NCBI GenBank assembly: GCA_001938485.1
Contig: MQRK01253414.1
Coordinates: 1 to 60,326 of the forward strand
Length of the DNA stretch: 60,326 bases
Reading direction: 5' to 3'
Source of the DNA: Girardia tigrina
Taxonomy: Eukaryota
The translations under genes and the position numbers were made by a program. Shown piece by piece: positions 12,646 to 25,005 of this stretch. The notes beneath the pieces are model-generated. The model was not told where the DNA came from. It was given only the letters and a program-made list of their open reading frames with translations, and did no database searches. Each line of letters starts with the position of its first letter. Position 1 is the stretch's first letter.

Positions 12646-12731
12646 GTGAGGAATATTTTGTGTGTTGATGTTTTTATGTAGTGTTTGCATGTTTGAATGT
12701 TGTGGTTTGATTTGGAATTGTGCCTCTCCTA
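12646..12731 (+). repeat. dispersed LTR-terminus-like repeat (TGTGAGGAATATTT...ATTGTGTCTCTCCTA)
   Basis: Related copies at ~11920-11988(-), 20308-20377(-), 22766-22860(+), 23748-23850(+), 39560-39680(+), 42690-42766(-) and 49020-49101(-). Most begin TGTGA(G), have a variable TG-rich middle and share a CTCTCCTAC-like block. Confidence 0.6.
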
Positions 12732-12732
12732 A

Positions 12733-13955
12733 TTTCTTCAAAGTATGAAACATTTGTATTAAAATATAAAGAATTTGTTTCAAAAATATAAAATATTTGT
12801 TTTAAAAATATATAATATTTGTTTCAATACTTTATTTTAATTATGTTCATAATTCGTTGATTAATTAGATGTTGGTTACATTACCCACAAGAGTCAACAA
12901 ACCAAAAATCAGGATCAAAATTACTTTAGATGTTCTAAAAACAGTTAGGTCAATTGAAAAGAAGCTAACACAAAAGTATAGCGAAAGAAGCGGAAATTTC
13001 TATTTCTTGCGCCAGAATATTAGCATCTATTTAGGAAAATCTGATGAAATTATAAATGTTAAAAAAGGTCGAATTTTTAGGGACAACAATGCTCTAAAGA
13101 CCAAAATAAGAAAGCTTATCGATTGCGAGCCTGACAACACTACAAGATCGATTACAGAAAAATTGACATAGGTGAACAAATTAATATCGATTTCACTGGT
13201 GCCAACAGAAAGAAACACGGCCAGAACCGTTGATTTAAGACAGGAATACTGCCGGTATATCTCGAACGTTTTAAACTAAAACCTCATGTTTCTGGATGAA
13301 ACAGGATTTAATTTGCATTTGAAAAAACATTATGGTTATTTCCTAAAAATATCAAATGTTTTATTACAGTGCCTTGGAACAAAGGGCGAAACGTTAGTTT
13401 GATGCTGGCTATTAAACAGACCGGTATTATCACTAAAGGAATTGTAGATTGTGTATTCAACGGAGATCGTTTTAAGAGTTTTATTCAGATGAACTCAAGC
13501 AGAATTTTTCAAACCACTCGCGAGATGTGCTTGTGATGGAAAATTGCTCTTTTCACCATAAATGCTATGTTACTACTTGTTTGAGAGTTTCGGTACTTCT
13601 GTCCACTTTGTACAACCTTATTCGCTTCAATTAAACCCAATCAAAGAATATTTTAGTCATCTGAAGTTTATGTATCGTTCAGAGGCACGACCAAGAAATA
13701 ATACTGAACTTGAGAATGATTGAAGAAGAACGAATTAGTTTTGATGGATGGTTTGCACACATGCGATCTTGGGTTAAAAAGATGTGTGTCATCAAGAATT
13801 TAATTAAATTGTGTGTTTTAAGTTAATTCTGATTATCAGGTTTTTTAAGCATGACTATTCACGATGCACTTTTTACTATATTAATCAGAAAGATTAAATT
13901 TGTTTAAATTTGCTTTATATTTTAATACAAATGTTTTATATTTTTAGAAGTCCGG
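12733..13955 (+). mobile_element. degenerate IS630/Tc1-like (DDE) transposon
   Basis: Inverted ends (AAACATTTGTATTAAAATATAAAG at ~12748 and ~13913-13936); right end ...AGTCCGG|TA. Fragments LMFLDETGFNLH, NKGRNVSLMLAI, VLVMENCSFHHK and PYSLQLNPIKEYFSHLK. Confidence 0.8.
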
Positions 13956-14567
13956 TAATAGTTTTTATGGTTTTTCATTAATTTTAAAAGGAGGGAAAAT
14001 AAAATTTAGTTTAAAGTAAAACGTAGAAAATTGGAATTTTGGTGAAATAAAAATTTAATTTGTTGAGTTTTGTTGTTGTGAGAATCTTTGCTCTTCGATC
14101 GATAAAAATTGAAAATAAATTCGTATTCAATATTGTTTTCGAACTGCATGTGGACTGATAAATCATGTGGGATGTGGATTCAAGTGATTTACAAAGTTTG
14201 ATTTAAAACGAAAACTGAAGTTTGGATGGAAATTCATCACACAAGTGTCAGTATATAGGTTATAATCATACTAATATATGGTGGCAAGTGAGTTGTAGTT
14301 CCTTAACCAAACGAGCTGGTGATTCGGACCGAAATGAGAGACGAAAACAATATGATTGTTATTTGTTGGCCCTAGAAAGTGATCCATTGAGGACAGAGCG
14401 CAACGGTGTCGATGCAAATTGGAAAGTACAACATACTCAAAAAATTTCAATCAACATACAATTATTATCAGACGAACCCTCACATCCCCCTCGATTTAAA
14501 TTTTCTTAAAAGAACCACAAAAATCGATATACTCTTTGAAAAGGTTCATCTAACTTAAGTGTAATTA

Positions 14568-16961
14568 CACTGTGTAACAAAATTTTTCAAAAGTTTCTCT
14601 CGCAAACGGTTTTCAGAATTTTTTGATACTTTTTAACGTGCTGGTTTTGAATTTGTTATCGGTTTTCTTTTTCCGTCTCCGAATTAACCTAGGAATTAAA
14701 AAAAAGAATTTTGCAAAAAACCCTCATTTTTTAATTATTTTCGTATCAGATTTGTTGTAATGACCAGAAAATGTCCCACAAGAAGTTATAGTTCAAAATA
14801 TCAATAGCAAAGAAGCTCAAACTGACAAGCATAGCATAACAGTGGATTGTAAAGTCATGTGTAAACAATCAAAAGTGAAAGTTTGAACGGGACTGTCTTT
14901 TATGTTGTGTGCTATCGTCTCTTATCAAAAACCAAAGGTAATCTCCCCTCATTGCTGTATCCAACGCTCCTTGGTACCTTTTCTCCATTGTTTGGTGGAA
15001 GCGTTCAACCTGTTCCTCGCTAAAGTCACCAAGGTTTTCCCGAAACCAATGTAGATGCGAATGCAAATAATGAAGTTTCTCCGACATTCTGCAGCCATGT
15101 TTTTCGAAGTGTTTGAGCAAATCATTGATCAGTATTTGGTACTCGTCACACTTCTTATTTCCGATGAATCCTTCCACAACTTTTCTAAAGGCTCTCCAGG
15201 CATTCCTTTCTTTAGGAGTCATCTTCTTTTCCAAGTCCTCTGAAGCCAACATAAATCTAATTTGAGGGCCCGTGAATACACAGCTTGGACTTCAGCTTCA
15301 GAAAACTTGGGAAACATTTTGCTAATATATTTGAATGCCCGTCCGCTGGGATTTAAAGCTTTTACAAATTGTTTCGCAAATCTTACCTTTTTGTATGTAA
15401 TGGTGGNNNNNNNNNNNNNNNNNNNNNNNNNNNNNNNNNNNNNNNNNNNNNNNNNNATCGGTTTTCTTTTTCCGTCTCCGAATTAACCTAGGAATTAAAA
15501 AAAAGAATTTTGCAAAAAACCCTCATTTTTTAATTATTTTCGTATCAGATTTGTTGTAATGACCAGAAAATGTCCAAATTGTTTCGCAAATCTTACCTTT
15601 TTGTATGTAATGGTGGAAGCAAAATCTTTTCTTTTCAGACTAAAGGAGGGTGTATGACATTGTACTTTCCAGGAAGAAATGCATCTCTAAGGGGCCAATC
15701 TTTTGTAGCATAATGTTGATCTGTAGCCCGACTGTCCCAGAGACAAAGAAAGCAGGAATATTTTGTATATCCACCTTTTAATTCAAGTAAAAATCTAATC
15801 ATTTTAAAGTCTCCGCAGACCTCACACTTATATTTGTCGTAATCAATCATTTGTGATAAGATTTTCACATTTCCGTACTCTTCTTTGAGGTGGACGGAAT
15901 GGAATATTGGGATAGAAGGGAAAATATTGCCGTTATGGAGTAAAATAGCCTTTAGGCTTCTATTTGAGCTGTCGATAAATAGCCACCAGTGACTTGGATG
16001 ATGTTCATAACCAATTTTTTGAAAAAGCCCAGTCAGGTCTGAGCAGCAGCACAAAGAGTCTTTCATCGTATAAAACTTCGAGAAACATTCATGTCGTTTT
16101 CGATAAAATGATGATTTGCAGATTGGATCCAGCAAACTCCACTCTTTCAAACGAGAGGCAAATAGTTCAGCATTTGATTTCGTAAGTCCTAGGTCTCTTA
16201 TTAAGTCATCAAGCAGGACATTCATTGGACTTTTTTCAACAAAATCCACGTCAGTGTCACTATCTTCTTTATGAGAAAACTCATCGTCAGAGATGGCTTT
16301 TAGAGGTGGTGGTTGAGGTACTGGTAATTCTTTAGAGTGGAGCACGGGGCTAAAGATGATGGGATGTTGGGATAAATAAGACTTTTTTGATCTCTGGGAT
16401 TTTTAAATTTAGAAATGTCTACCATACAGTAATAGTAATCATCGTGGTGATTTGTTGGCTCTCTCCATATCCGAGGGATTCTAAAAGGCATGCTGCTGAG
16501 ATTACCATTTACCCATTTTCCTAAATTTGACCGGTAAGTATCACAACTGAAATGTGGCGTCCATGATTTGTCTTCATCAGTGACAGGAACACCAAAGTAA
16601 GCCTCATAAGCAGGGCATAATTTACTACCAGTTGAAAATGCATATTTTCGCTGTTTTGGAGCTATATAATACCCGCATATATAGCAAAAGGAGTTGTGGA
16701 AGATTTCACAAGCTCGCTTGCTCGTCATAGTAGGTAATTGAAAATACTTAATAATGTTAATGAGCTATTGATACGTTTAAACAAAAGGGAAATCTATTAC
16801 GTATTAATCTAAAACAGAAAAAAATAGAAAATAAAGAAAATATTAAATAGCGGCAAATAATTAGATGGTGTGCAAAAACTAATATCATATTCGTAATCAA
16901 CATACTCAAATTGTGTAAGGAACATAGAAATTATTTTGCGGGAAAAAATTGTTACACAGTG
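14568..16961 (-). mobile_element. Chapaev3-type (CMC/EnSpm superfamily) DNA transposon, frameshifted transposase at 14869-16728
   Basis: TIRs CACTGTGTAACAA and 3-bp TSD TTA on both sides. Protein motifs FCYICG, MPF.IPRIWREP..H.DD.Y.C, WWLFIDSS.RSLKA.LLHNGN, CGDFK, GYTKYSCFLCLWDSRA, KLHYLHSHL and SEEQVERFHQ. Confidence 0.88.
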
Positions 16962-17615
16962 TTATTGGTTCTTTTGTTCCTACGGCTTATACCTTTCTTT
17001 TCTGACATTCAATGTGGCTTTGTACAATATTTTTTTCATAATACCATTCATATTCTCTATATCAAAGTCATAAATGAGATACTTTTGTACTTTCTTATTG
17101 CCAGCATGGCAAAGTTTTAAGTGAATATATGCAGTAAATTCAGTTCTTTTAAGTTTCGGAATCCAAATTTCTCCATTCTTTAAAACAAGAGATCAACTTT
17201 TCAATTACCAAATAGTATTTTTTGTGCATGGATTTGTTATTTAACATTTATTATTTTTGAATCGTTATCTTGTCATATAAAGTCTTCTTTATCTGTTAGA
17301 AATACTAAAATCTATTTTTATTTTAACACTTTCTTGCTTTTTCATGAGTTTTCTGGCATTGCTCGAATAAATCCATTGAGTTTCTAGATATGCCATTATA
17401 ATTTGCGTGAAGATTTTCTTTTCAACACTCTATTTCCACGTCAAGACTGCCCTAAGAAATCTACACATGTCTGAAACTGTATAGTAATAGGATTTTTAGT
17501 CGTCATGATAAAAATTAATGCTTTATGATCAGTTCGAAGTAAAAATTTCTTTCCATATAAACAGTAAAACAATTGAGTAAAACAATATATTATTAATAAC
17601 TATTTTCTGGTTATA

Positions 17616-19100
17616 AAGTGCGTTCAGAAAGTCACTGTGCACCTTTCATTGTCTGGTTTATTTTTAGATAATCAGCGTTGTAGTAGACTTTTTAAATGCA
17701 AATTTCTATGAAATCGAACTATGAAATAGATTCGTGAACAAAAAATATACCTACACACTTTGACCTTGACACTGAGCGTTTTAAATTTTTTAAAAAAAAT
17801 ATCATTTTGATATTCAATCTAATCATTGACGAAAGTCAATCTATTGCGAAGTTAATTCCAATTGAAAATGGTTTTGTCAACGGAGGAGAGAATATTTTTG
17901 ATTGAACATGTCTTTCGTGCGAATGATGAATACACAGAAGCAGTGAAGGAAAAATTTGCCNNNNNNNNNNNNNNNNNNNNNNNNNNNNNNNNNNNNNNNN
18001 NNNNNNNNNNNNNNNNNNNNNNNNNNNNNNNNNNNNNNNNNNNNNNNNNNNNNNNNNNNNNNNNNNNNNNNNNNNNNNNNNNNNNNNNNNNNNNNNNNNN
18101 NNNNNNNNNNNNNNNNNNNNNNNNNNNNNNNNNNNNNNNNNNNNNNNNNNNNNNNNNNNNNNNNNNNNNNNNNNNNNNNNNNNNNNNNNNNNNNNNNNNN
18201 NNNNNNNNNNNNNNNNNNNNNNNNNNNNNNNNNNNNNNNNNNNNNNNNNNNNNNNNNNNNNNNNNNNNNNNNNNNNNNNNNNNNNNNNNNNNNNNNNNNN
18301 NNNNNNNNNNNNNNNNNNNNNNNNNNNNNNNNNNNNNNNNNNNNNNNNNNNNNNNNNNNNNNNNNNNNNNNNNNNNNNNNNNNNNNNNNNNNNNNNNNNN
18401 NNNNNNNNNNNNNNNNNNNNNNNNNNNNNNNNNNNNNNNNNNNNNNNNNNNNNNNNNNNNNNNNNNNNNNNNNNNNNNNNNNNNNNNNNNNNNNNNNNNN
18501 NNNNNNNNNNNNNNNNNNNNNNNNNNNNNNNNNNNNNNNNNNNNNNNNNNNNNNNNNNNNNNNNNNNNNNNNNNNNNNNNNNNNNNNNNNNNNNNNNNNN
18601 NNNNNNNNNNNNNNNNNNNNNNNNNNNNNNNNNNNNNNNNNNNNNNNNNNNNNNNNNNNNNNNNNNNNNNNNNNNNNNAATGAGATCTTCCCGAAGAGAA
18701 TCATTTCCAAAGGAATTTGGCCGCCAAGATCCCCAGATCTAAGTGTTTTGGACTTTTATCTGTGTGGAGCGATAAAGCAAAAGGTTTACCGAAACAAACC
18801 ACAAATTTTGCAAGACCTACATGATAACATCCTACACCAAATTGAAGCCATCACCCAAGAGGAAATTCATCGAGTGTTCGAAAACTTGAAACGTCGAATT
18901 AACGTTTGTATTCACGAACTTGGTGGGCATTTCCAACAGTTGTTGTGACTCTTTTCTTGTTATTTTTAATAAAGTAAGAGACGGTCATTGTTCTTCACAT
19001 AAAATTGACTATTCAAAATATTTTGTTATTGATTTTTAGAACACAGGATATCGTTCTTGTTTTGAAATTGCAGGTGCACAGTTACTTTTTGAACGCACTG
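17616..19100 (+). mobile_element. Tc1/mariner-superfamily transposon (rosa/maT-like), interior hidden by a gap
   Basis: TIRs (C/A)AGTGCGTTCA(G/A)AAAGT(C/A)ACTGTGCACCT with flanking TA. N-terminus MVLSTEERIFLIEHVFR; C-terminus WPPRSPDLSVLDFYLCGAIKQKVY...CIHELGGHFQQLL*. Confidence 0.92.
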
Positions 19101-20876
19101 TACTATATCCTATTTCGTGCTTATTAGTTTTGTGTGTTCCATAAACGATAACCCTTTTATTATTGTCTTCATCCCGCTGTGAAAATACCGCTCCATTATC
19201 ATTATCATTATATCATTTTCTTCAAAATTTTTAATAACTTCGTCTAATTTTTCATCAAAATGCCTTGGTTGTCTATAGGGCTTTACTAACACCGGTTCAC
19301 CATTAGTTTCTATTTTGTGTTTCGTCAATGATGTTTTCTCAATATCCCATTTAACTGCCATGAATATCGACTTAAACTCTTTTATCATGTTCATCAACTG
19401 ATCATCGACCTTACCTCCGTATAAGTCCGTTATCCTTTTCAATCTGTCTTCATCTGATAGGCTATCCCTTATCATAAATACATCACTATTTTGTATTGAT
19501 TTCTTAATCAGCTTTATCCCAAAATTATCCAAAAAGTTCACTCCTGCTATCCTTTCTGGGTTCATTCCTTTGACAACATAGAATTATATATTCTTTTGGT
19601 TCCCTTCAATTTTAATCTTCAAGAGTACTGTTCCATAATTTATTAATTCCGAAGCATTTACGCATGCTTAACGTCTTCGCGATTCTCTAATCCTAATATT
19701 TGGTATGTTTTTAATTAAATTTAATTCAATCACATTTCAAAGACAGTGTACTTCTCTATCTTTAATGTAAAAATATATACTTGGTCTACCATCCAGTTTG
19801 TCATATTTAATGTTAAGCTTTGTTATTTTAAAAATTTCTTCATTCTTCGTTTTGTTTCTTTTTTCTTCCATTTTACTACTAAAACAGTTTCCTTCACATT
19901 CTTCTTTCCAACAATCTAATTTACAAACTTCGAGGGGGTTATTTCCAGTCATACAATTACATATACAAACACACACACATTCACACACACAATCACACAC
20001 ACCATCATACTTATTTTTATCACTTAATTAAGCACATTAATCACCTCTCCTTGCGATCGTGCCTCCTCATTTCCCTGACCATTTTCATACTTTTATCTCT
20101 TATCTGGGAAGACCCTTTTAGTTAACTTTCCTTGATTTGATCTAGGCTCTTCGTATTCGCTGTCGTCATTGCATTCATCAATTTCCGCAACTGGGTATTG
20201 ACGATCTTGAGGTCTATTATGGTATTCTGCATTATTTTTTTTCTTCCAATCGCTGTTTCTACTGTACTGTTCTCTTTCCTTAAATCTATTCTTTTTGAGA
20301 TAACATTGAGTAGGAGAATCACAAATCTAAACAGCAGACAAACAACAAACTTACAACATTCCAAATTATCCCTCACAATGATATTGATATGTTACTGATT
20401 AGTTATTTAAATCTGATGAGATTAATGTTTAAATAATAATTAATTAAAAGTTTTATAATTAGAAATTTTTATTTTAAATTTTTGAGTAAACAATTTAACT
20501 TATTAAATTTAATATTATATAAAAACTAATGTTTATTTTAAAAATTTATTTGATGCATTTTTATCCAATAAAGTTTTAAGAAATTAAAACTTATTCTTAT
20601 TCATATCTCATTTATTAATCAAAGATTTTAATATAGATACAAAAAAATAATAATCAAGAACGATGCTTTCCGCAGACGGTGCTACTAAAAATTATTGTAA
20701 AAATGAGTTTATTTGTGTTGTTAGTAAACATTTTCACGCAAATTGTGGTGTTGCTAATAATAATGACAGACATATAACATATAAACATAGATGTGGCCAA
20801 TAAGACAGATAGAAAATATATTTACTTGTACTATATTTCAAAACACACAAAATAAAATAAAATAAAACGAACAAAC

Positions 20877-20952
20877 CTGGCAGTTTAGCAATGTGAAAGT
20901 AGTCCTTCTCTTGAACTATTGAGAATTGCGGATCTAGATTTTCAAAACTCTC
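20877..20952 (-). CDS. candidate 5' coding exon of the PDE7-like gene
   Basis: TTATTTAG| ... |GTTTGT, 76 nt, only one open frame (ESFENLDPQFSIVQEKDYFHIAKLP). It ends in phase 1, matching the phase-1 start of exon 7424-7623. No strong homology evidence. Confidence 0.5.
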
Positions 20953-23900
20953 CTAAATAATAAAATAAATAATTATTTCAAAAGTAAAACACAAAGAGTA
21001 TATAAAATTATAATTTCCTTTAGTTTAAAAAAATATTAATAACATGATAAGTAATATTTTTAATTTTTGCACAGAGAACAACACAATTTGAATTTGTAAC
21101 ACGTTTTTGCTATTTATAACTAATTTTTCATAAAATCTAATTTAATAAATTGAAAAAAAATGGACAAATTGTCTACAAAGAATTTGAAAAATTATGAAGC
21201 TAAATTAGAATCAATTTTAAAATTAAAAAAGAAAATTTAAGGTAACTAGAATATTATATTTAAATTTATGCACGTATATTTATTTATATTTAAATATATG
21301 TGCACTGTATATTGGTCGATTGATAATTTTGTATATTGAAATTGGGAATTAACAGTGTCAAAAGTAAATATTAATCAGTTTATCCGACATAATCCACGAG
21401 GTCGGAAAAGTCGAGTTACAGTGGAATAAGTAGTGTACAAAAAGAAAGGGTCACTGATAATTCTTTATTTAAAAGAAAAATTAACTACAACACATAAAAT
21501 TATTTATAATACATAAAAATATATAACACAGGACATGAGAATTTAAAATTACATACTTAAAAATAGAGGTATTTTGAGCAACTTTTGAAAGTTTCTTTTA
21601 AATTAAAAACATTTTTTTAAGAAAGAACATCTGGGTAAAATTTGACTATTTTCAAAATATCTTTATCCATGAAAAACGATAAAAATTATTATTTTATTAC
21701 CAAAAATTATTTGTCATTAACCATTGCAAGAGTAGTAAAAGTACTGTTAAAGTTACTCTTAGTAGTATAAGTACTCTTAAAGTATACTTAACCTAAAGAG
21801 CAGTAAACATATGCTGATTACAGAGCAGGATATTATAACCAAATTGAAAGAGAAACTCATGATACAGAGGGTAAATGAGAGCTTTAAGTCTTCTGCTGTG
21901 AGTCCTTAAAAAACATGAAACTACTATTACACAGCTTAACAATTTTATATTTCAAAATGACGTCCATCAAATCGAATAAGGCAGTGACGAAACATTTAAT
22001 ATGTTTACCGTTGTTGGTCTAAAGAAAAATCTACAAAAGTTTCTAACCAAAATTTTGTAATTAGGAAACAATAACTGAAGAAACAGAATAATTTTTCCTC
22101 AATAAAGACCTGCTTATTCGACCCAGCTTTCTTGCAAAAAGAACAAAGTAATTTTCTATTTTCTAGATCATATCATTGTATGAATTGTTCAGCTGTGTAG
22201 AAAATGTACACAGTCGGTAAAGCTCTAATGCAAAGGGAAGTCTTATCAGCATAATAAATGCTGACTTGACTTTTGTTAAATCTGGCCACACTTTCTCCAA
22301 TTCAATTGTTCTGTTCCGCTGAAATCGAGGCTCCATTCTTTCCTTGTACTTTAATATACATTGTTTCACTTTTTCAAACTTTCAAGCTACCTTTTTCTGT
22401 CACCAATACCTTAGATTCCATGCGAGATAAAAAAATCAAGCTGTTTTATGAGAAGTGAACAATTAATAACAACATTATTTGAACATTTCCGAGGAAACCA
22501 TTTGATAAGGATGCTTCCGATACACTTCTGAATTTAGCCTAGTGTTTCTATTTCCTTCATTAAATTTCCGATTATTGACATTATATTGCTAACATAAATA
22601 TAAAAAACAACTTTTAATGTAACTTAAAAATGAAAACAAATTGAATTGATCCAAGCAATAATTTTCTTGGGGCAAAATATTTTTGCATGGAAATTGAAAT
22701 TGATGTATGCAAGTAACTTCTGAATATTTATTATTGTGTTTATGTTGTTTCTTGCTTCTAAATAGTGTAAAGAATGTTTGATGTTTTGTGTTTGAATGTT
22801 GTGTGTTTGTTTAAGATTGTGTCGCTTCTACTCAGGTGGTCGATGAATATTTTAATTCTTGTTATCTGAAAGTAATTTTATTTAATTTTGTATTTTAATA
22901 TTTAAATTTATTTTAAAATTAATTTCGATATAAATATCTAATTTTTATTAGTGTGCATATTATTATGTAAACGTTACCTAAGAATATCAACTCCGTTCCA
23001 TGTACTTGCAATGGTTGGGGAAATATTCCATATTTCATAAATTATTATAATTATTAATAATATTCTCTCATTTTTGGATATTCTTGTTAAAAGAATAATT
23101 GGTAAATAGTAAACGGACTGTGACAGAAAGGTAACAGACCCATGACTTTATACAAAATAAAAAATAACTGAGAAAACAGATATAAAGATAGTATGATCAA
23201 GGGTTTATTTCATAGAATATAGAATCTTTCCTTAACCTTTACAAGTTCATGCGACGGACTTGACATTCTTAGATAATATTTTAACAATATATTTACCAAA
23301 ATAAGCAAATAAAAAAACAAAAAAAAACAAAATTAAAAGTAAATTCAGACAAATCAATAATAACTAAAAATTAAAAGAGAAATATCATTAGAATAAAAAT
23401 ATTTATCATTTGAAATTATTAAACATTCAGAGAAAATATGCTTTTCTTCTGTTTGTGAAATATAAACTAAAGGAGTATTAATAAAAAAGATAAGTTTTTG
23501 TAACTCGTAAAGATAATATAACCGATATAAGAAAGATATTAAGATTAAATATTACATTACCCAATAATTTGCTTAATTTTCATTTATAACTAATTTAAAA
23601 TTTTACTTGGAATGAATTAGTAAAAATTTTTTTATATCCATTCTTTATGTTGACAGAACTCCATTTGACCAAAAGAATTTTTTGTTATTTTTTGTAGAAA
23701 GGAAAATTACAATTACATTTATTGATTTATTAATACGTTTTTATGTTTGTGAAGAATTTTTTGAATTGTGTGTTGATATTGTGCATGTTGTATGTTGATT
23801 CAGATTGTGTCTCTCCTACCAAGATGAATGATTGGTATTTTCTTTGATTCCTACTAATTAAAAATAATTTAATTTAATATTAAAGTAAAAATATTTAAAA

Positions 23901-24190
23901 TAACTTTTTTACGTATTATTTAATTTTTAATATAATTTAAAATTTTAATATATTAATTTAATATGTACTTTTTAAAAAATGTTTAGATTTAATTTTTACC
24001 AATTAGAATCTATTCAATTAATAATTTTTATTAAATGATTTTCATTTATTGACAAATATTAGTATTAATTTAGAAATATATTAATCAAAAAAATGTCAAG
24101 TAGTGATGTTAATAAATGTTTAAAAACTCATATTTGATGTTGTTAATAATGTTTACTTTTTACGTAATATAAACTACTTATAATTTATAA

Positions 24191-25005
24191 TTGATAAAAC
24201 AAAATCCAGATGATAATTTTCTTTTAAAAACAACACTCATCCATTTAAAATTATATTTATAGACAATATATTTCGACGGATCTACCGTCATCTTCAGGTC
24301 ACTAATTAATAATCAATTCACCTGTATATAAATACAAAAATGAAGGTTATGTAATCGATTGTATGAAGTCATGCTAATCAAAAAATAAGATGGTTGAGAC
24401 TGCCGATTGAACATTCATCTTAGGGCAACGTGACCAATGCTTCACACGACACTCCCAATAACTGTCAAAATGCTTACACAGAATTTTGAAATTATCAAAA
24501 TTAACATCACATTTATATTTTTTCCTATGTTCTACAATGTTACTCTTACTCTCTTTTCGACCATGTTCTTGAATTCGTTTACAGAGATAACGGGCAGTCT
24601 CTCCAATGTATGTGACATCGCACCCATTACATTTATATTCATAAATAATATCAGAACAAAGTGTTAAAGGTGTAATAGATTTATTACTGAACATATTTTG
24701 AATTTTATGAGATTGTGATATAATTTTAAAATTTAATTCATTGTTAGTTGCTTTTAACAATGCATTTTTAAAGTTTTTAAATCTTTCAGAATAAGGTACA
24801 ATTAAGCAATATTTAGGCATATTATTAATATCTAATGATCTTTCGATTTCTTTCTTAGATCAATCAGGAGATTCTGATTTTTCGAACTCTGATTTTTCGA
24901 AAAATCAAAAGTATTTTATCAATTGTTTCCTTTATTAATATTTCTAGAAAAATGGATCTAAGAAAGAAATTCTATAAATATATTTTTTAATGGATGAGTG
25001 TTGTT
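24191..25005 (-). mobile_element. Penelope-like retroelement fragment (GIY-YIG endonuclease, pLTR with hammerhead, short inverted tail)
   Basis: ORF 24374-24820 contains IIYEYKCNGCDVTYIGETARYLCKRIQEH (GIY-YIG of Penelope-like elements). 13-bp TSD TTATAATTTATAA at 24178-24190 and 25006-25018. Inverted piece at ~24951-25005. Confidence 0.88.
24262..24300 (-). ncRNA. minimal type I hammerhead ribozyme (Penelope-type)
   Basis: GAC-CUGAAGA-U-GACGG-UAGAU-CCGUC-GAAA-UAUA-UU-GUC: intact core, 5-bp stem II, palindromic AUAUAU stem III, GAC/GUC stem I. Confidence 0.8.

Larger units (their letters stand above)
14077..20377 (-). mobile_element. Gypsy/Ty3 LTR retrotransposon relic, internally deleted and interrupted by two DNA transposons
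   Basis: Minus-strand domain order: protease-like (VHCL*..FYVVKGMNPERIAGVNFL), RT start (KHKIETNGEPVLVKPYRQP), RNase H (KHEIGYS|ITRK*LL..LYGKKFLLRTDHKAL), integrase start (TKEPI|ITLKLDEPFQRV.IDFCG). Then a polypurine tract GAGGGGGA and a TGTGAGG LTR start at 14484. Outer limits are uncertain; the two putative LTRs do not match well. Confidence 0.8.

Noticed and set aside
15366-15617. Internal duplication in the Chapaev3 element (15457-15575 repeats 14657-14775; 15576-15617 repeats 15366-15406)
   Set aside because: It abuts a 50-N gap and reads like a ~590-bp deletion allele or paralogue assembled alongside; most likely an assembly or haplotype artefact.
17862-18948. Long ORFs made mostly of X (also 2384-3070 and 43397-44378)
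   Set aside because: Their length comes from translating N-runs; only the flanking residues are informative, and opposite-strand versions are meaningless.
21810-22620. Coding-like decayed stretches (also 31160-31390, 34031-34222 and 34990-35440)
   Set aside because: No motif I can identify with confidence in any frame; left unannotated pending BLASTX.
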